The translations under genes and the position numbers were made by a program. A stretch of DNA of 63,044 bases, filler included, from Thraustochytrium aureum (taxonomy: Eukaryota): assembly GCA_012862495.1 (NCBI GenBank). It is 6 parts of 3 records of this genome, joined end to end, with 100 filler letters (N's around TTAATTAATTAA, not from the genome) between each part and the next. Parts side by side here need not be neighbours in the genome. Positions count along the whole stretch, not along the records: positions 29,303 to 45,956 come from BLSG01000168.1; 5 more parts are not named here. One strand, 5' to 3'. Of the stretch, positions 34,974 through 46,056 are shown one piece after another. The notes under the pieces were generated by a model. That model did not search any database, had not been told where the DNA came from, and saw only the letters and a program-made list of their open reading frames with translations. How positions within the stretch are numbered: position 1 is the first letter of the stretch; each line of letters begins with the position of its first letter.

Positions 34974-35448
34974 CTAGTTGCGGCGGCCGAGCGCGATTGC
35001 GAGGGCGGCGCCAAAGGCCATCGCGGCGCCGACCACGGCGGCCACCGCCAGAGTATCCTTGGTGGGGGCGAAAACCCGCCGCGGGCGCTTCGGTTCTTCA
35101 AATTCGCCTTTATGCATGAACTCGGCGATTAGGACGGCGTTGAGCGCCGCGCCGCGCAGAAGCTGGTCGCCGCAAACAAACAGGTCCAAGCCGCGCTCGC
35201 CGAACACGAGGCTCTGGCGGATGCGGCCAGCCTCCACGTCGTTCTTGGCAGAGGCGTTGAGCGGCATCGGGTACTTTTTGGCCGCTGGGTCGTCAACGAG
35301 CTCGACGCCGGGCGCAGCCTTGATGACCTCGCGGGCTTGCTCTGGCGTCACCTTGCCAAAGGTCTCGATGGAGATGGCCTCCGCGTGCGCACGCAAGGTG
35401 GGGATCCGCACGCAGGTGCACGAGACGTCGATGCGGTCGTCGCCGAAG

Positions 35449-35483
<35 letters not shown>

Positions 35484-36107
35484 GCGCGTGTAGCCGTTGG
35501 GCTGGAAGGCGTCGATGTGTGGGATGACGTTGAAGAGGAGCGGGTAGGAGAAGGCGGTGTTTTCGAGGGTCTTGCCTTGCGCGAACGAGTGCGCCTGGGC
35601 CTCGAGCTCGGCCATGCCCTCCGCGCCGGCGCCGCTGGAGGCCTGGTAAGTGGACATGATTACGCGCGAGAGGCCAAAGCGCTGGTAGATTGGCCAGAGG
35701 GCCATCGCCGCAACGGCGGTAGTGCAGTTTGGGTTGGCGACCAGTTTGGCTCCCTTGGCGGCATACATGTTGATTTCAGGGATGACGAGCGGCACGTCGG
35801 CGTCGTAGCGGAACGCGGAGGAGTTGTCGATGACGATTGGGCCGCGCGCGATGATCTGCCGCGCGTACTCGGTGGCAAAGTCGCCGGACACGGCCAAGAA
35901 AACATAGTCGAGGCCGTCCATCTTGCCCAGCTCAAACTCTTCGATCTCGAGCTGTCCGAACGCGCTCTCCACCTTCCGGCCAGCCGACTTTTTCGACGCG
36001 AACAGCTTGACCGCTTCAACGCCGCCAAGCGCGAGCTGCCGCTCCGCGATCACCTTGACGAGCTCCTCCCCGACGGCGCCGCTGGCGCCCACAATCCCGA
36101 CCTTCAT
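34974..36107 (-). CDS. asd: Aspartate-semialdehyde dehydrogenase with C-terminal hydrophobic extension
   Basis: MKVGIVGASGAVG, VIDNSSAFR, ANPNCTT (catalytic Cys), STYQASSGAG, FNVIPHID, EEMK, TCVRIP..RAHAE, GDQLLRGAALNAV. Confidence 0.95.
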
Positions 36108-36868
36108 CCTGCCGCCGGCCCAGGGACCGCCGCTGCCGGGACCAACCGCGAAACGCACAGCGCCTGCCTTAAAGCGCGGCCTTTCGCCTGCCCGATTGCT
36201 CGTCTGCGCGCTCCGCTCGGCTTTCGCTTTCGAGCTGACTCGCGCGTCGTTGCGGCACCACCACCATTGCCCNNNNNNNNNNNNNNNNNNNNNNNNNNNN
36301 NNNNNNNNNNNNNNNNNNNNNNNNNNNNNNNNNNNNNNNNNNNNNNNNNNNNNNNNNNNNNNNNNNNNNNNNNNNNNNNNNNNNNNNNNNNNNNNNNNNN
36401 NNNNNNNNNNNNNNNNNNNNNNNNNNNNNNNNNNNNNNNNNNNNNNNNNNNNAAAGGAAAATAGGTGACGGCAGCGCCAGGACTTGCATGCCTCGTCGTC
36501 CATGCCGCTCGGCGCCCGGCGACAGGCACGGCAAAGCGGCATTGCGCGATGCTGCTTTGCTTTTGAGCAATGCTTTTGCTTTGCTTTGCGGCAGCGGCGG
36601 CGGAAGGAGCTGCTACGGCCTTCGCGGTTGTGCTGGCGCAGGGGGCGCGAGTGAGGAAAACTGCACTGCGCTGCGCTGCTCGCGGTTCGCAGACGACGAC
36701 CGCACTCTTGGTTTGCAGCTCCAACGCGTGCGACCTCGGAGGGGGGGGGGTTGTGTGGAGACGGCGCTGGAGCAGAACGATGGTTGTGTTTTTGCAAGAT
36801 CGGTCTTTGAAAAAAGCGCGGCTTTGGCTGGCGCACTGGCACGACGTGCCGCGGCAACAACGACACAG

Positions 36869-38031
36869 CTAGTTCGAGAGGGCAACGTTGGCGCACGCCA
36901 CGACGACCTTGCCCTTGGCACGGCCGCTCTCAATGTGCTTGAGAGCGTCGAGCGCGTCCGACAATGCATAGGTCTTGTCGATGCAGGCTTTGAGGCGGCC
37001 CGACCGCAGCTCTTCTGCAAGCAGAGAGACGATCTCCCCGTTCCCCGTCCCTATCACGTGCGAGAACGTGGAGCCCGACTTGCTGCACTGCGAGCGGAGC
37101 GAACGTGCGCCCGTGATTCGGTCAAAGATGCCGCCGCCCCATCGGCTGGACAAAAACCCCTCGACGCCGAACGTGATGCTCTGAAACTTGCGCGTCTCAG
37201 AGCTCGAGAGGAACTCGCGCAAACAGGCCGCTGTGGGCGACGCCATGATGCTGGCAAGACCGCCGCCTGGCCGCAGCAAATGGACGCATTTCTTCGCCTC
37301 GTCCGTGCAGTCGAGGATGGCGTCGAAGAGGTTGCTCTCGTCTTCGCTCGCCAAGACCTCTGCAAAGTTTGCGGACCGGTAGTCCACGACCTGGTCGGCG
37401 CCGATGCTCTTGACAAAGTCGGCCTTGTCCCCGGCTGAGCCGTCGTGGCCACAAAGCTCGCGCCGTACAGGCCCTTGGCGAGCTGGATCGCGACGCTGCC
37501 CACGCCGCCAGCACCGCCAGTAATGAGAACGCGCGGGCGCTTGGCGTCCGGGTCTTGCTCGAGCAGGCCGCACTTGCGGAAGGCGAGGACGGCGGTTATG
37601 CCCACGAGCGGCACGCTTGCGGCGTCCTCGTGCGAGACCTCTGCAGGCTTCTTGGCGCAGATATCCCCGTCTACGACCATGAATTCCGCGAGCCCCCCGC
37701 GTCTGAGGCCCTTGCACATGCCGAACACCTCGTCCCCAACGGCCCAGTCTGGCGACTGCGAGGCCACGACCGTGCCGCTAAAGTCAAACCCGTGGACCTG
37801 CGGGAACTTGTACGAGAGCAGCAGCCGCATGTCGCCCTTGCGTTGTTTGTAGTCGGCAGGATTGAGCGAGCTGGCGGCCACCTTGACGAGCAGCTGGCCC
37901 TCCTCCAGCTCGTCCGCCTTGGGGGCGGGAATGTGGCCGACGCGGTCCACCTCGGGCCCGCCAAACCGATCGTAGTAGCAGGCCAGCATCGTGCGCGGAG
38001 CGCTTTGGCCCTCCTCCCCGTCGGTCCCCAT
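36869..38031 (-). CDS. NAD(P)H-dependent MDR/quinone-oxidoreductase-like protein (indel near 37440)
   Basis: LLVKVAASSLNPAD, GFDFSGTVV, AASVPLVGITA, VLITGGAGGVG..AIQLAK, GADQVVDY, GRAKGKVVV. Confidence 0.85.
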
Positions 38032-38736
38032 CGCGATCGATCGGCGTCCGTTCGTTTCGCGGCTCTGTGCTCCACCTGCCAAGCTGGAGCGGACGACCTC
38101 GTGCACGTTCACGTCTGGGGACTGGCACGGGTGCGCTGACTTGGCCGTGCGCCACGGCCCCCGGAGCCGAGTCCGGAGCCTCGGAGCCTGGCCGCCCCAG
38201 GTTTGGCCAGNNNNNNNNNNNNNNNNNNNNNNNNNNNNNNNNNNNNNNNNNNNNNNNNNNNNNNNNNNNNNNNNNNNNNNNNNNNNNNNNNNNNNNNNNN
38301 NNNNNNNNNNNNNNNNNNNNNNNNNNNNNNNNNNNNNNNNNNNNNNNNNNNNNNNNNNNNNNNNNNNNNNNNNNNNNNNNNNNNNNNNNNNNNNNNNNNN
38401 NNNNNNNNNNNNNNNNNNNNNNNNNNNNGCGGGGAGTGGCCCGGAGTGCGCACAAGGTGGGGTCGACGCCCGGATCCGCGACGTCGCGCCATCCTCCGCC
38501 CCGTGGCGCTGCGCCTGACGGCCGCGGAGGCTGCGAGGTCACGTGGTGCGCGCACGCGGCGCGATTCGTTCTCGTGCGCTGGTGAGGGTTCGCACGTGAT
38601 TTTTAATTAATTACTCTAGAGTAGCTCGGCCGCAGCGAGCGCGAGCAGGTCGCCTGGACAGACACTACGTGAGAGCCGAGCTGCTATGCTCTAGCTTTAG
38701 CTGATGCAGAGGGTGGCCGAGATTTGGCAGCTGGGC

Positions 38737-39419
38737 CTACGGCGCGGTCCTCACGATCCGAAGCGGGGCCACGGTCCGGTCTGTGTCGCACTTCGCACCG
38801 CTCATCACAGCCACACCGTTCAGGTGCACGACGGGGCGTCCTAGGCCACTGTCCACCCAGTCCATCTCCGAGGCCTCCGGGCCGTCAAAGGCGGCGCAGA
38901 TAGCCAGCCCGTTGCAAATCACGCGAACTGTGCCAAGCAGGTCTCCATCAGCGCTGCTCGGGCGGCCGCAGCATGTGCGCAGAGCAACTTACCTCCTGGG
39001 GGGACGAGGACCTTGATTCCTGCCATAAGAGCGATGCAGGTGATGTACGTGTCCTTGTGCACGAATTCGGCAAGTGACAGGTCGATCTCTACGCCGCCCA
39101 TCACGGCGATGGCAGTGATTTTTCGCGGCGCGATCCACCTGCGCCTGCCGCTTGTCTGGCCACACGAAATGAACATGCAGCTAAACGCGGTCGAGCTGCT
39201 TGCGCTGCTTTTGTCGGCCTCCGACGCGTTTGGGTAGAACACGGCACCCCCAGGCGCGCCGCCCTGCTGCTGCTGCTGCTGCTGCTGTAGCTCCTCCTCC
39301 ATGACTTGCTGCTGCTGCTGCTGCGCCTCGCGCCCCTGCCCTCCATCCAGAACCTGAACGACCTCTGCGGTCGGCAGCTTCTCCATCGCCGTCCTGCCCT
39401 GGTCAAAGTCGTCCACCAT
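38737..39419 (-). CDS. Bacterial-type LiaF-C/DUF1707-associated beta-domain protein (intron 38928-38992)
   Basis: RRWIAPRKITAIAVMGGVEIDLSLAEF...ITCIALMAGIKVLVPPG|VRVICNG...RPVVHLNGVAVMSG. G|GTAAG donor, GCTGAT branch and CACAG acceptor give an in-frame join. Confidence 0.65.
39265..39325 (-). repeat. (CAG)n coding microsatellites (polyQ)
   Basis: Two ctg runs on the + strand encode Gln tracts in the gene above. Confidence 0.85.
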
Positions 39420-41346
39420 ACTCCTGCTTAGCGCCGCGTTGCTCGGCGCCGCGTAGCGCTTCGAAAGCACGCCGGCCGGCACAAGCCACTTTCAACAGTC
39501 TGACCAAGCAAATGCGCTGGCCTGCCGCGTTGCGGGCCAGCCGCGTCTGCACGGCCTCGGGATCCTTGCTCGTGTCGTTGGAGCACTGTCACGTTCGAGG
39601 CGGTTTGGCCACTGCCCGAAGCGAATCTGCGCGTGTACCACAGTTACTCCAGGTGCTACCGAGTACTTTCACAGACACCGTCACCTGGTCTTTGCGAGCA
39701 CACCTCTTCGAGTTGGTAGTTTGACACAAACGGAGTCCGGCCTGCCCAGGTCCGGTTGGCCGTGGGTCGGCCGCGGTGGAGCGCTTGAGGATGGCGGCTC
39801 CTGTCGGGGCTTGACAAACAAGCGCGTGGAGTGCGCGGAATCGAGAGCTGCAGGGAGATCCGAAGGCTGCCTGCCGTCAAACTCGCGCTGACGGCCTCGA
39901 GCTCCTTGAGCGCCTGCGCGCCCACAGAGCGCACTTGCGACCGTGGGCTCTTCTCTTGCAGCGCTCGCCGCGGCTTGCCCCTGCGCAGTTCGGCCATGTG
40001 GCGACTTTTAAAGTCCACAAGCGGCGCCGGTAACCTGCGCGAGGAGGACGCGAAGCGCGTCCAGAGCCATGCCAGTCGCAGGTTTCAGGGGCAGCAAGGC
40101 CGAGTGCAGCCATCGCTCGCATGTCGCGCGACCCACGAGGCTAGGTGATCTCGTTGACGTCGATGGCTGGTGCCAAGACACGTGCTTTGGGCAGCCACGT
40201 CTGTTTCCTGGTGGCCGCCGACGAAGTCAGCCGTCTCGCGATCACGCGAGGTCTTGATGATCCATGGTGTCACTAGGTCTGCGGCGGAGAAGACGCTAAA
40301 GGTTAGGCAGCCTACTTCGGCAGCCTGTGACAAGACGTCTCTGCGCGCGACGGCGGCCCCCAGACCAGGAACCGGACTGACAGCCAAATGTCCAAAGATG
40401 GCGAAGAGCCCGACGAATGATGGTCCTGCGGTTTAGACGATTGAAGCTACTGGGTAGGCCAAATGGACGCCTATTGATTGGGTCACGAGGAAGTCAGAAA
40501 GGTGAGGTTCGATCAACGTTGGAACCATGGTGTCACTTGCTGTCATCTCTATTCTGAAACGTTGCTCGACCCACGGTGCACCTCTGTATGAAGGTGCGCG
40601 CGTGGGCACGCACGTGAACGCTCCATACTGCTGGCCTGGGCGCCTCGGGCACCATGCCGTCCGGCGCTCTAGCCTTCAGTCGTTTTTGCGAACCGTCTCT
40701 TCATCACCCGGACATACCAGCGAGGAGCGCAGGTGGGTTGTTGATTTTGAGCCATCCGCGCTTGCCAAAGCCGGTACCGCTAGCCACGGCAGCCATCCGC
40801 GCTTGCCGAAACCGATGCGGCGGCGGCCCGAGCATCCCACCACCCCTCCATGCATCGATTCCACCCGCGTCAAGTCCACGTCACAGTGACCTCCCGGGTG
40901 ACGAGGCCCCGCACAACAAGCGGCGCTCCCAAATCCGCCGGCCAGCTTGCATTCCTTTTCTTCTGCCCCCTTGCGCCTTCTCTGTCAGCCCAAATCTGCG
41001 CGCTACGGGTGCCCACCCCCCACAATCCCGACGCCTTGTGCACGGAATTCGAGTGCCACTCGCACACAGCGCCGCTCTTGGGGGCAGTAAACGCTCCGCA
41101 GCGCTCCGTGAACCCCCGCCTCTTGCATATCCCCCGAGCCCAGGCGTTTCGCAGACAGCATATGAACCCCCGAGGAACAATTCGTTTCTCCGTGAGGAGA
41201 GGGGGTCTTGCTCCAACGTGCATGGCAAACAGGGTGTAGTAGGTAAGCGTACATTCACCACGTTCACCATGTGGTGTTAGATAGGCGGGTAAGGTGCAGA
41301 GTGGGCGCGGGCGAGGGCAGACACCGAACGCCAAGGCGCACGCGGG

Positions 41347-41446
41347 AGCAGCAGCAGCAGCAGCAGCAGCAGGAGCAGGAGCAGGGGCTGGAGGAGCAGG
41401 GGCTGGAGGAGGGGCTGGAGGAGCAGGGGCTGGAGCAGCAGTGGAG
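41347..41446 (+). repeat. (GCA)n plus GCAGGGGCTGGAGGA-type minisatellite upstream of the AGC kinase
   Basis: Visible trinucleotide run followed by about four imperfect 12-15 bp units. Confidence 0.8.
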
Positions 41447-41569
41447 GAGTGCGCCAGGGCGCATCGAGGACGGGGAGCGAAGGGGTTTTGTGCTGGCGCT
41501 TAGGGGTCGGCCCGTTATCGTTGGGGCTGCGGCGGCTGGGCGGCGGGTGAGGCGCGCGAGGCCGGCAGG

Positions 41570-42760
41570 ATGATGGGTAGCTCGCCGATTCAGTCGGTGC
41601 TGGAGAAGAGGAAGAACTTTGACTTTTTGGCGCTGAAGAGCAACGCGTCGGTGACCAAGTTGTTGAACAAGTTTAGCCCCGGGGACGGGGAGCAGGTCTA
41701 CTTTTCGGATTTTTTGGTCAAGGTGAACCCGCGCGACAAGCCGCAGGAGCGCGTGCTGCTGATCACAAACAAGGCGCTGTACAACCTGCTGCCAACCGAC
41801 TTCACCAAATGCAAGCGGCGGATTCCGCTCAACGCGCTGGACAGCCTCACGGTGAGCCAGGCCTCTGACGAGTTTGTGATGCACGTGCCGAGCGAGTACG
41901 ACTACCGGCTCATGTCGCTGCGCAAGGCCGAGGTGGTGTCGGTGATGGAAAAGGTCTTCAAAGAGTGCACCGGGGAGGACCTCATCGTGGAGTACAGCCC
42001 GCAGATCGTGCTCAAGTCGGTGTGCGTCACGCGCGTGCAGGCGAAAAAAGGCAAGCGGTCGGGTCGCCGCTCCAGCACCATGTCGACCTCCAGCGGAAGT
42101 ATGTCAGCAATGCCACGCACCGGTAGCGGGGCCACCGACCCGGCGGGGCGTGCTGAGGGCAGCGTGCCGACCGCCAAGCGGCGCTTGGTGAGCGGCTGGG
42201 GCAAGGCAGCAGCGACGTGGGGCCGGACGACTTTCAGCTGCTCAAGGTGGTTGGTCGCGGCTCGTTCGGCAAGGTGATGATGGTCAAGAAGAAGGACGAT
42301 GCCGACAAGAGCCGCGTCTTCGCCATGAAGGTGCTGCGGAAGGAGGCGATCATCAAGCGCAACCAGGTCGAGCACACCAAGGCGGAGCGCGAGATCCTCG
42401 AGGAGATCAAGCACCCGTTCCTCATGGGGCTCCACTTTGCCTTCCAGACGGACACCAAGCTGTACCTCGTCATGGACTACCTCACCGGCGGGGAGCTCTT
42501 CTTCCACCTCAAGAACGAGCGCCGCTTCAGCGAGTCGCGCTCGCGCTTCTACACGGCCGAGATCGCGCTGGGGCTCGGCCACCTGCACTCGAAAAACATC
42601 ATCTACCGGGACCTCAAGCCTGAGAACATTTTGCTCGACTCTGCGGGCCACATCAAGCTCACCGACTTTGGGCTCTCCAAGCGGTACGAGGATGGCGCGC
42701 AGGCCAACACATTCTGCGGCACGCCAGAGTACCTGGCGCCGGAGGTCATTGCAGCTGTCG
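41570..42760 (+). CDS. AGC kinase (SGK/Akt/S6K-like) with N-terminal myosin-TH1/PH-like domain (indel near 42210; 3' exons in gap)
   Basis: TH1-like [29 protein letters not shown]...KRRIPL...[14 protein letters not shown]. Kinase [51 protein letters not shown] donor at 42761. Confidence 0.85.
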
Positions 42761-43592
42761 GTACGGATTGTTTGGTTTNNNNNNNNNNNNNNNNNNNNNN
42801 NNNNNNNNNNNNNNNNNNNNNNNNNNNNNNNNNNNNNNNNNNNNNNNNNNNNNNNNNNNNNNNNNNNNNNNNNNNNNNNNNNNNNNNNNNNNNNNNNNNN
42901 NNNNNNNNNNNNNNNNNNNNNNNNNNNNNNNNNNNNNNNNNNNNNNNNNNNNNNNNNNNNNNNNNNNNNNNNNNNNNNNNNNNNNNNNNNNNNNNNNNNN
43001 NNNNNNNNNNNNNNNNNNNNNNNNNNNNNNNNNNNNNNNNNNNNNNNNNNNNNNNNNNNNNNNNNNNNNNNNNNNNNNNNNNNNNNNNNNNNNNNNNNNN
43101 NNNNNNNNNNNNNNNNNNNNNNNNNNNNNNNNNNNNNNNNNNNNNNNNNNNNNNNNNNNNNNNNNNNNNNNNNNNNNNNNNNNNNNNNNNNNNNNNNNNN
43201 NNNNNNNNNNNNNNNNNNNNNNNNNNNNNNNNNNNNNNNNNNNNNNNNNNNNNNNNNNNNNNNNNNNNNNNNNNNNNNNNNNNNNNNNNNNNNNNNNNNN
43301 NNNNNNNNNNNNNNNNNNNNNNNNNNNNNNNNNNNNNNNNNNNNNNNNNNNNNNNNNNNNNNNNNNNNNNNNNNNNNNNNNNNNNNNNNNNNNNNNNNNN
43401 NNNNNNNNNNNNNNNNNNNAAGCATTCCGTTGGCGTAGAAGCGCGCAAGCCTCGCCAAATCGCAGACCTTCAGACCTCCCTCTCTGCCTCACCGACCATC
43501 CAGCCCGCCTCCATCCACCATACACTGGCTTCATCATCGAGAATCGTGATTGAATCGATCAGTTCAGCTTTGGCCAAGATCTCGAGTCGCTT

Positions 43593-44933
43593 TTAAAAGT
43601 TGTCGTCCGACTCGTCCGAGAGCCCGCTGTTCGAGCCTGCCGCGCTCCCGCCGTCCTCGTTCGAGCCCTCAGAGAGCGAGCCCTCGCCGTCCTCTTCGCC
43701 ATCAAGCAGGTCGTCCTCGTCGTCGGAGCCAGAGAGGCTTCCCGAGAGCGAAGACTCTCCGCTTACGTCGCTGCTCGCGTCGCTGTCGCCGCTGAGGTCG
43801 CTCTCCTCCTTGGGCCGCCGCTGCTCGGTGCCCTTGCCCGAGCCGGCCTGGGGCTGACGGCCTTCGTCTGCTGGGGAGCGCGACGCGGGCCGCGAAGAGC
43901 CGCCCTGGCCACCTGCAGCGACCACCTCCTCTTCGTCCTCGAAGAGGTTTTCCTCTTCGTCGCCCATGAGGTCGCGCGCCTTCTTCTCGAGGACGTTCAT
44001 TTGGATGCGCTTGCGCGCGCGCTCGCTCTCCTCGAGCTTCTCGCGCTCCTTGCGGTTGAAGGCCTCAAGGCGGTGCTCCAAGTAGTCGAGGTTGCGGAAC
44101 TTTTCTAGGTACACCTCGTACTGCCGGGCCAGCTCGCCCTCGAGTTTCTCGTACTCGTCCATGAACGCCGGGCGCACGCTCTGCAAGCTCTTGAGCCGCT
44201 TGTCGTTGCGCTCTAGCTCGCTCTGCTTCTTCTTGATTTTCACCTGCAGAGTCTTTTCGTCGCTGGCGAGGTCGAGACACTGCTTTTCGAGCGCGGAAGC
44301 GTTCTCTCTGGCAGATGCGAGCAGCTCGCCGAGCCGCCGCTCGACGTACCTGTGCTCTGCAGTGCTGTCTAGGTTGTTGCTGAACGAGTCGAGAAACCGC
44401 AAGCACTGCTGCCGCTCGGCCGACATGTCGCGCTCCTCGTCGAGCAGGTCAAACAGCTTTGCGCCGCTCTCGGTGATCGCCGAGGCCAGCTTGCGAGTTG
44501 TCTTGACGTCCGGGAGGCGGCCCTGGATCTGCGTCGCGGACACGTCGTCGGCGGGATCCTGCGACTTGCTGTCGCCCCGCTCGCCGCCGCCATTATCCAC
44601 GTTTGCCTTGTGCGCAGCGTACAGGAGGTTGGCCACCTTGAGGAGCTCCTTGACCGCCTTGCCGTCCGCCGAGTACAGTCTCTTCGTGTTGAGCTTTAGC
44701 CCTGACTTGGACCACATCACGTGCGCCACGCTCGTCAGAAACTCGACGCGGCAGTCCTCGGTGCTAATATCATCCGAAATCGACACGGAAGGGTCGTACC
44801 GGTGAACCATCCAGTAGAGAATGTCCGCCACGAGGCCGAAGTTGGGGGTGCGGAAGTTGTCCACCGACACAAGCCGCGGGTATCCGAGCACGCGCATGTA
44901 CTCTGTAAAGTCGCGCAACTCCCTGAACGACAT
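43593..44933 (-). CDS. CLUAP1: Clusterin-associated protein 1 / IFT38 (IFT-B subunit)
   Basis: MSFRELRDFTEYMRVLGYPRLVSVDNFRTPNF.LVA, LNTKRLYSADG.AVKELLK, LQSVRPAFMDEYEKLE, FRNLDYLE, acidic tail ending SDDNF. Confidence 0.95.
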   Translation of the reverse strand: MSFRELRDFTEYMRVLGYPRLVSVDNFRTPNFGLVADILYWMVHRYDPSVSISDDISTEDCRVEFLTSVAHVMWSKSGLKLNTKRLYSADGKAVKELLKVANLLYAAHKANVDNGGGERGDSKSQDPADDVSATQIQGRLPDVKTTRKLASAITESGAKLFDLLDEERDMSAERQQCLRFLDSFSNNLDSTAEHRYVERRLGELLASARENASALEKQCLDLASDEKTLQVKIKKKQSELERNDKRLKSLQSVRPAFMDEYEKLEGELARQYEVYLEKFRNLDYLEHRLEAFNRKEREKLEESERARKRIQMNVLEKKARDLMGDEEENLFEDEEEVVAAGGQGGSSRPASRSPADEGRQPQAGSGKGTEQRRPKEESDLSGDSDASSDVSGESSLSGSLSGSDDEDDLLDGEEDGEGSLSEGSNEDGGSAAGSNSGLSDESDDNF

Positions 44934-45956
44934 CCTGCCTGCCCTGTCCGCGCCAGCGCTCGGCCCAAACCCACCGTCTGCGGCCAGCGGCTCTGAGACC
45001 AGACCGCTTCGGGAGCCAAAAACGTGGTCGCTGCGCCGGCGTTCGCGTTGCAAGCCCTTGCAGCAGACGACCCGTTGGTGGTAATGAGCGATCGAGCAGT
45101 CGCAAGGGTACTGTTTCTACGCGCTCTTCAGCCTGGCTTCCTGCTCGTCTGCATGCGCGCCTGCCAGCCCCGATTCGCGGTCTGCCATCGCCAGAGCCGG
45201 CTGCCTATGAATGACATCAGTATTACCCAACAATACTGTTGATGACATCACACAAACCGATATGACCGTTGAGTAGAACAAAGGTGCAATACGACCACAG
45301 CGCGAGTCAGAAAGATTGACGTCGAGCCCAGCGAATGGCCTCGTGCTGCGCTGCGTGCTGTTGGACATGGGGCGAGGCAGAGATTGGATAGGCGCAACAC
45401 GCAGCGATGGAGTCTACATGAAAAGAATGCAGCGCGAAACCTGCAACCTGCGACATTGCTGCGACATTGCATTCCGTCGTGCGGCTCGACGACGCTGACA
45501 GCTGCCGTCTCGGTCAAGCAGCCACAACGCGCTCGCCGACCACCGCGCCGTCATCCAATATCAGCATCGCCAGCGGCTCCAGCTCCGCCCTCGTCCGTGC
45601 CAATCCGCACAAGTGCACCTCTCACCTCCTTCCCACCATCGCGACGTCGCAATGGATAATCCTAATCCTCCCTCGCGTTGCTGGTGTATCTACGACGAGG
45701 CTGCCAGCCTGAAACGGGACATCCCTGCGCGCGGCGGGATCCGAGTTGAACAGTCCCCGGACGGGTCGGCCGGCCACCGTGTGACGTCGTGCTAACCCCA
45801 AAGGAACTCGACTCAGCAGGCTGCCATGCCAGCCTGGAACGGGACATCCCTGCACACGTTGCAGGGACCGACCCCAGGCCGGTCCCGACGAGCCGGAGTC
45901 CCCGCCTGGACATGCACAACTCGGTCTGTACTCACCAGGCGAACGCAAGTACGTAA

Positions 45957-46056
45957 NNNNNNNNNNNNNNNNNNNNNNNNNNNNNNNNNNNNNNNNNNNN
46001 TTAATTAATTAANNNNNNNNNNNNNNNNNNNNNNNNNNNNNNNNNNNNNNNNNNNN
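45957..46056. other. Artificial contig-joining linker
   Basis: 44 N + TTAATTAATTAA + 44 N. Confidence 0.97.

Noticed and set aside
39656..41334. Short ORFs between the LiaF-like gene and the AGC kinase
   Set aside because: No motif or consistent frame support; a small real gene cannot be excluded.
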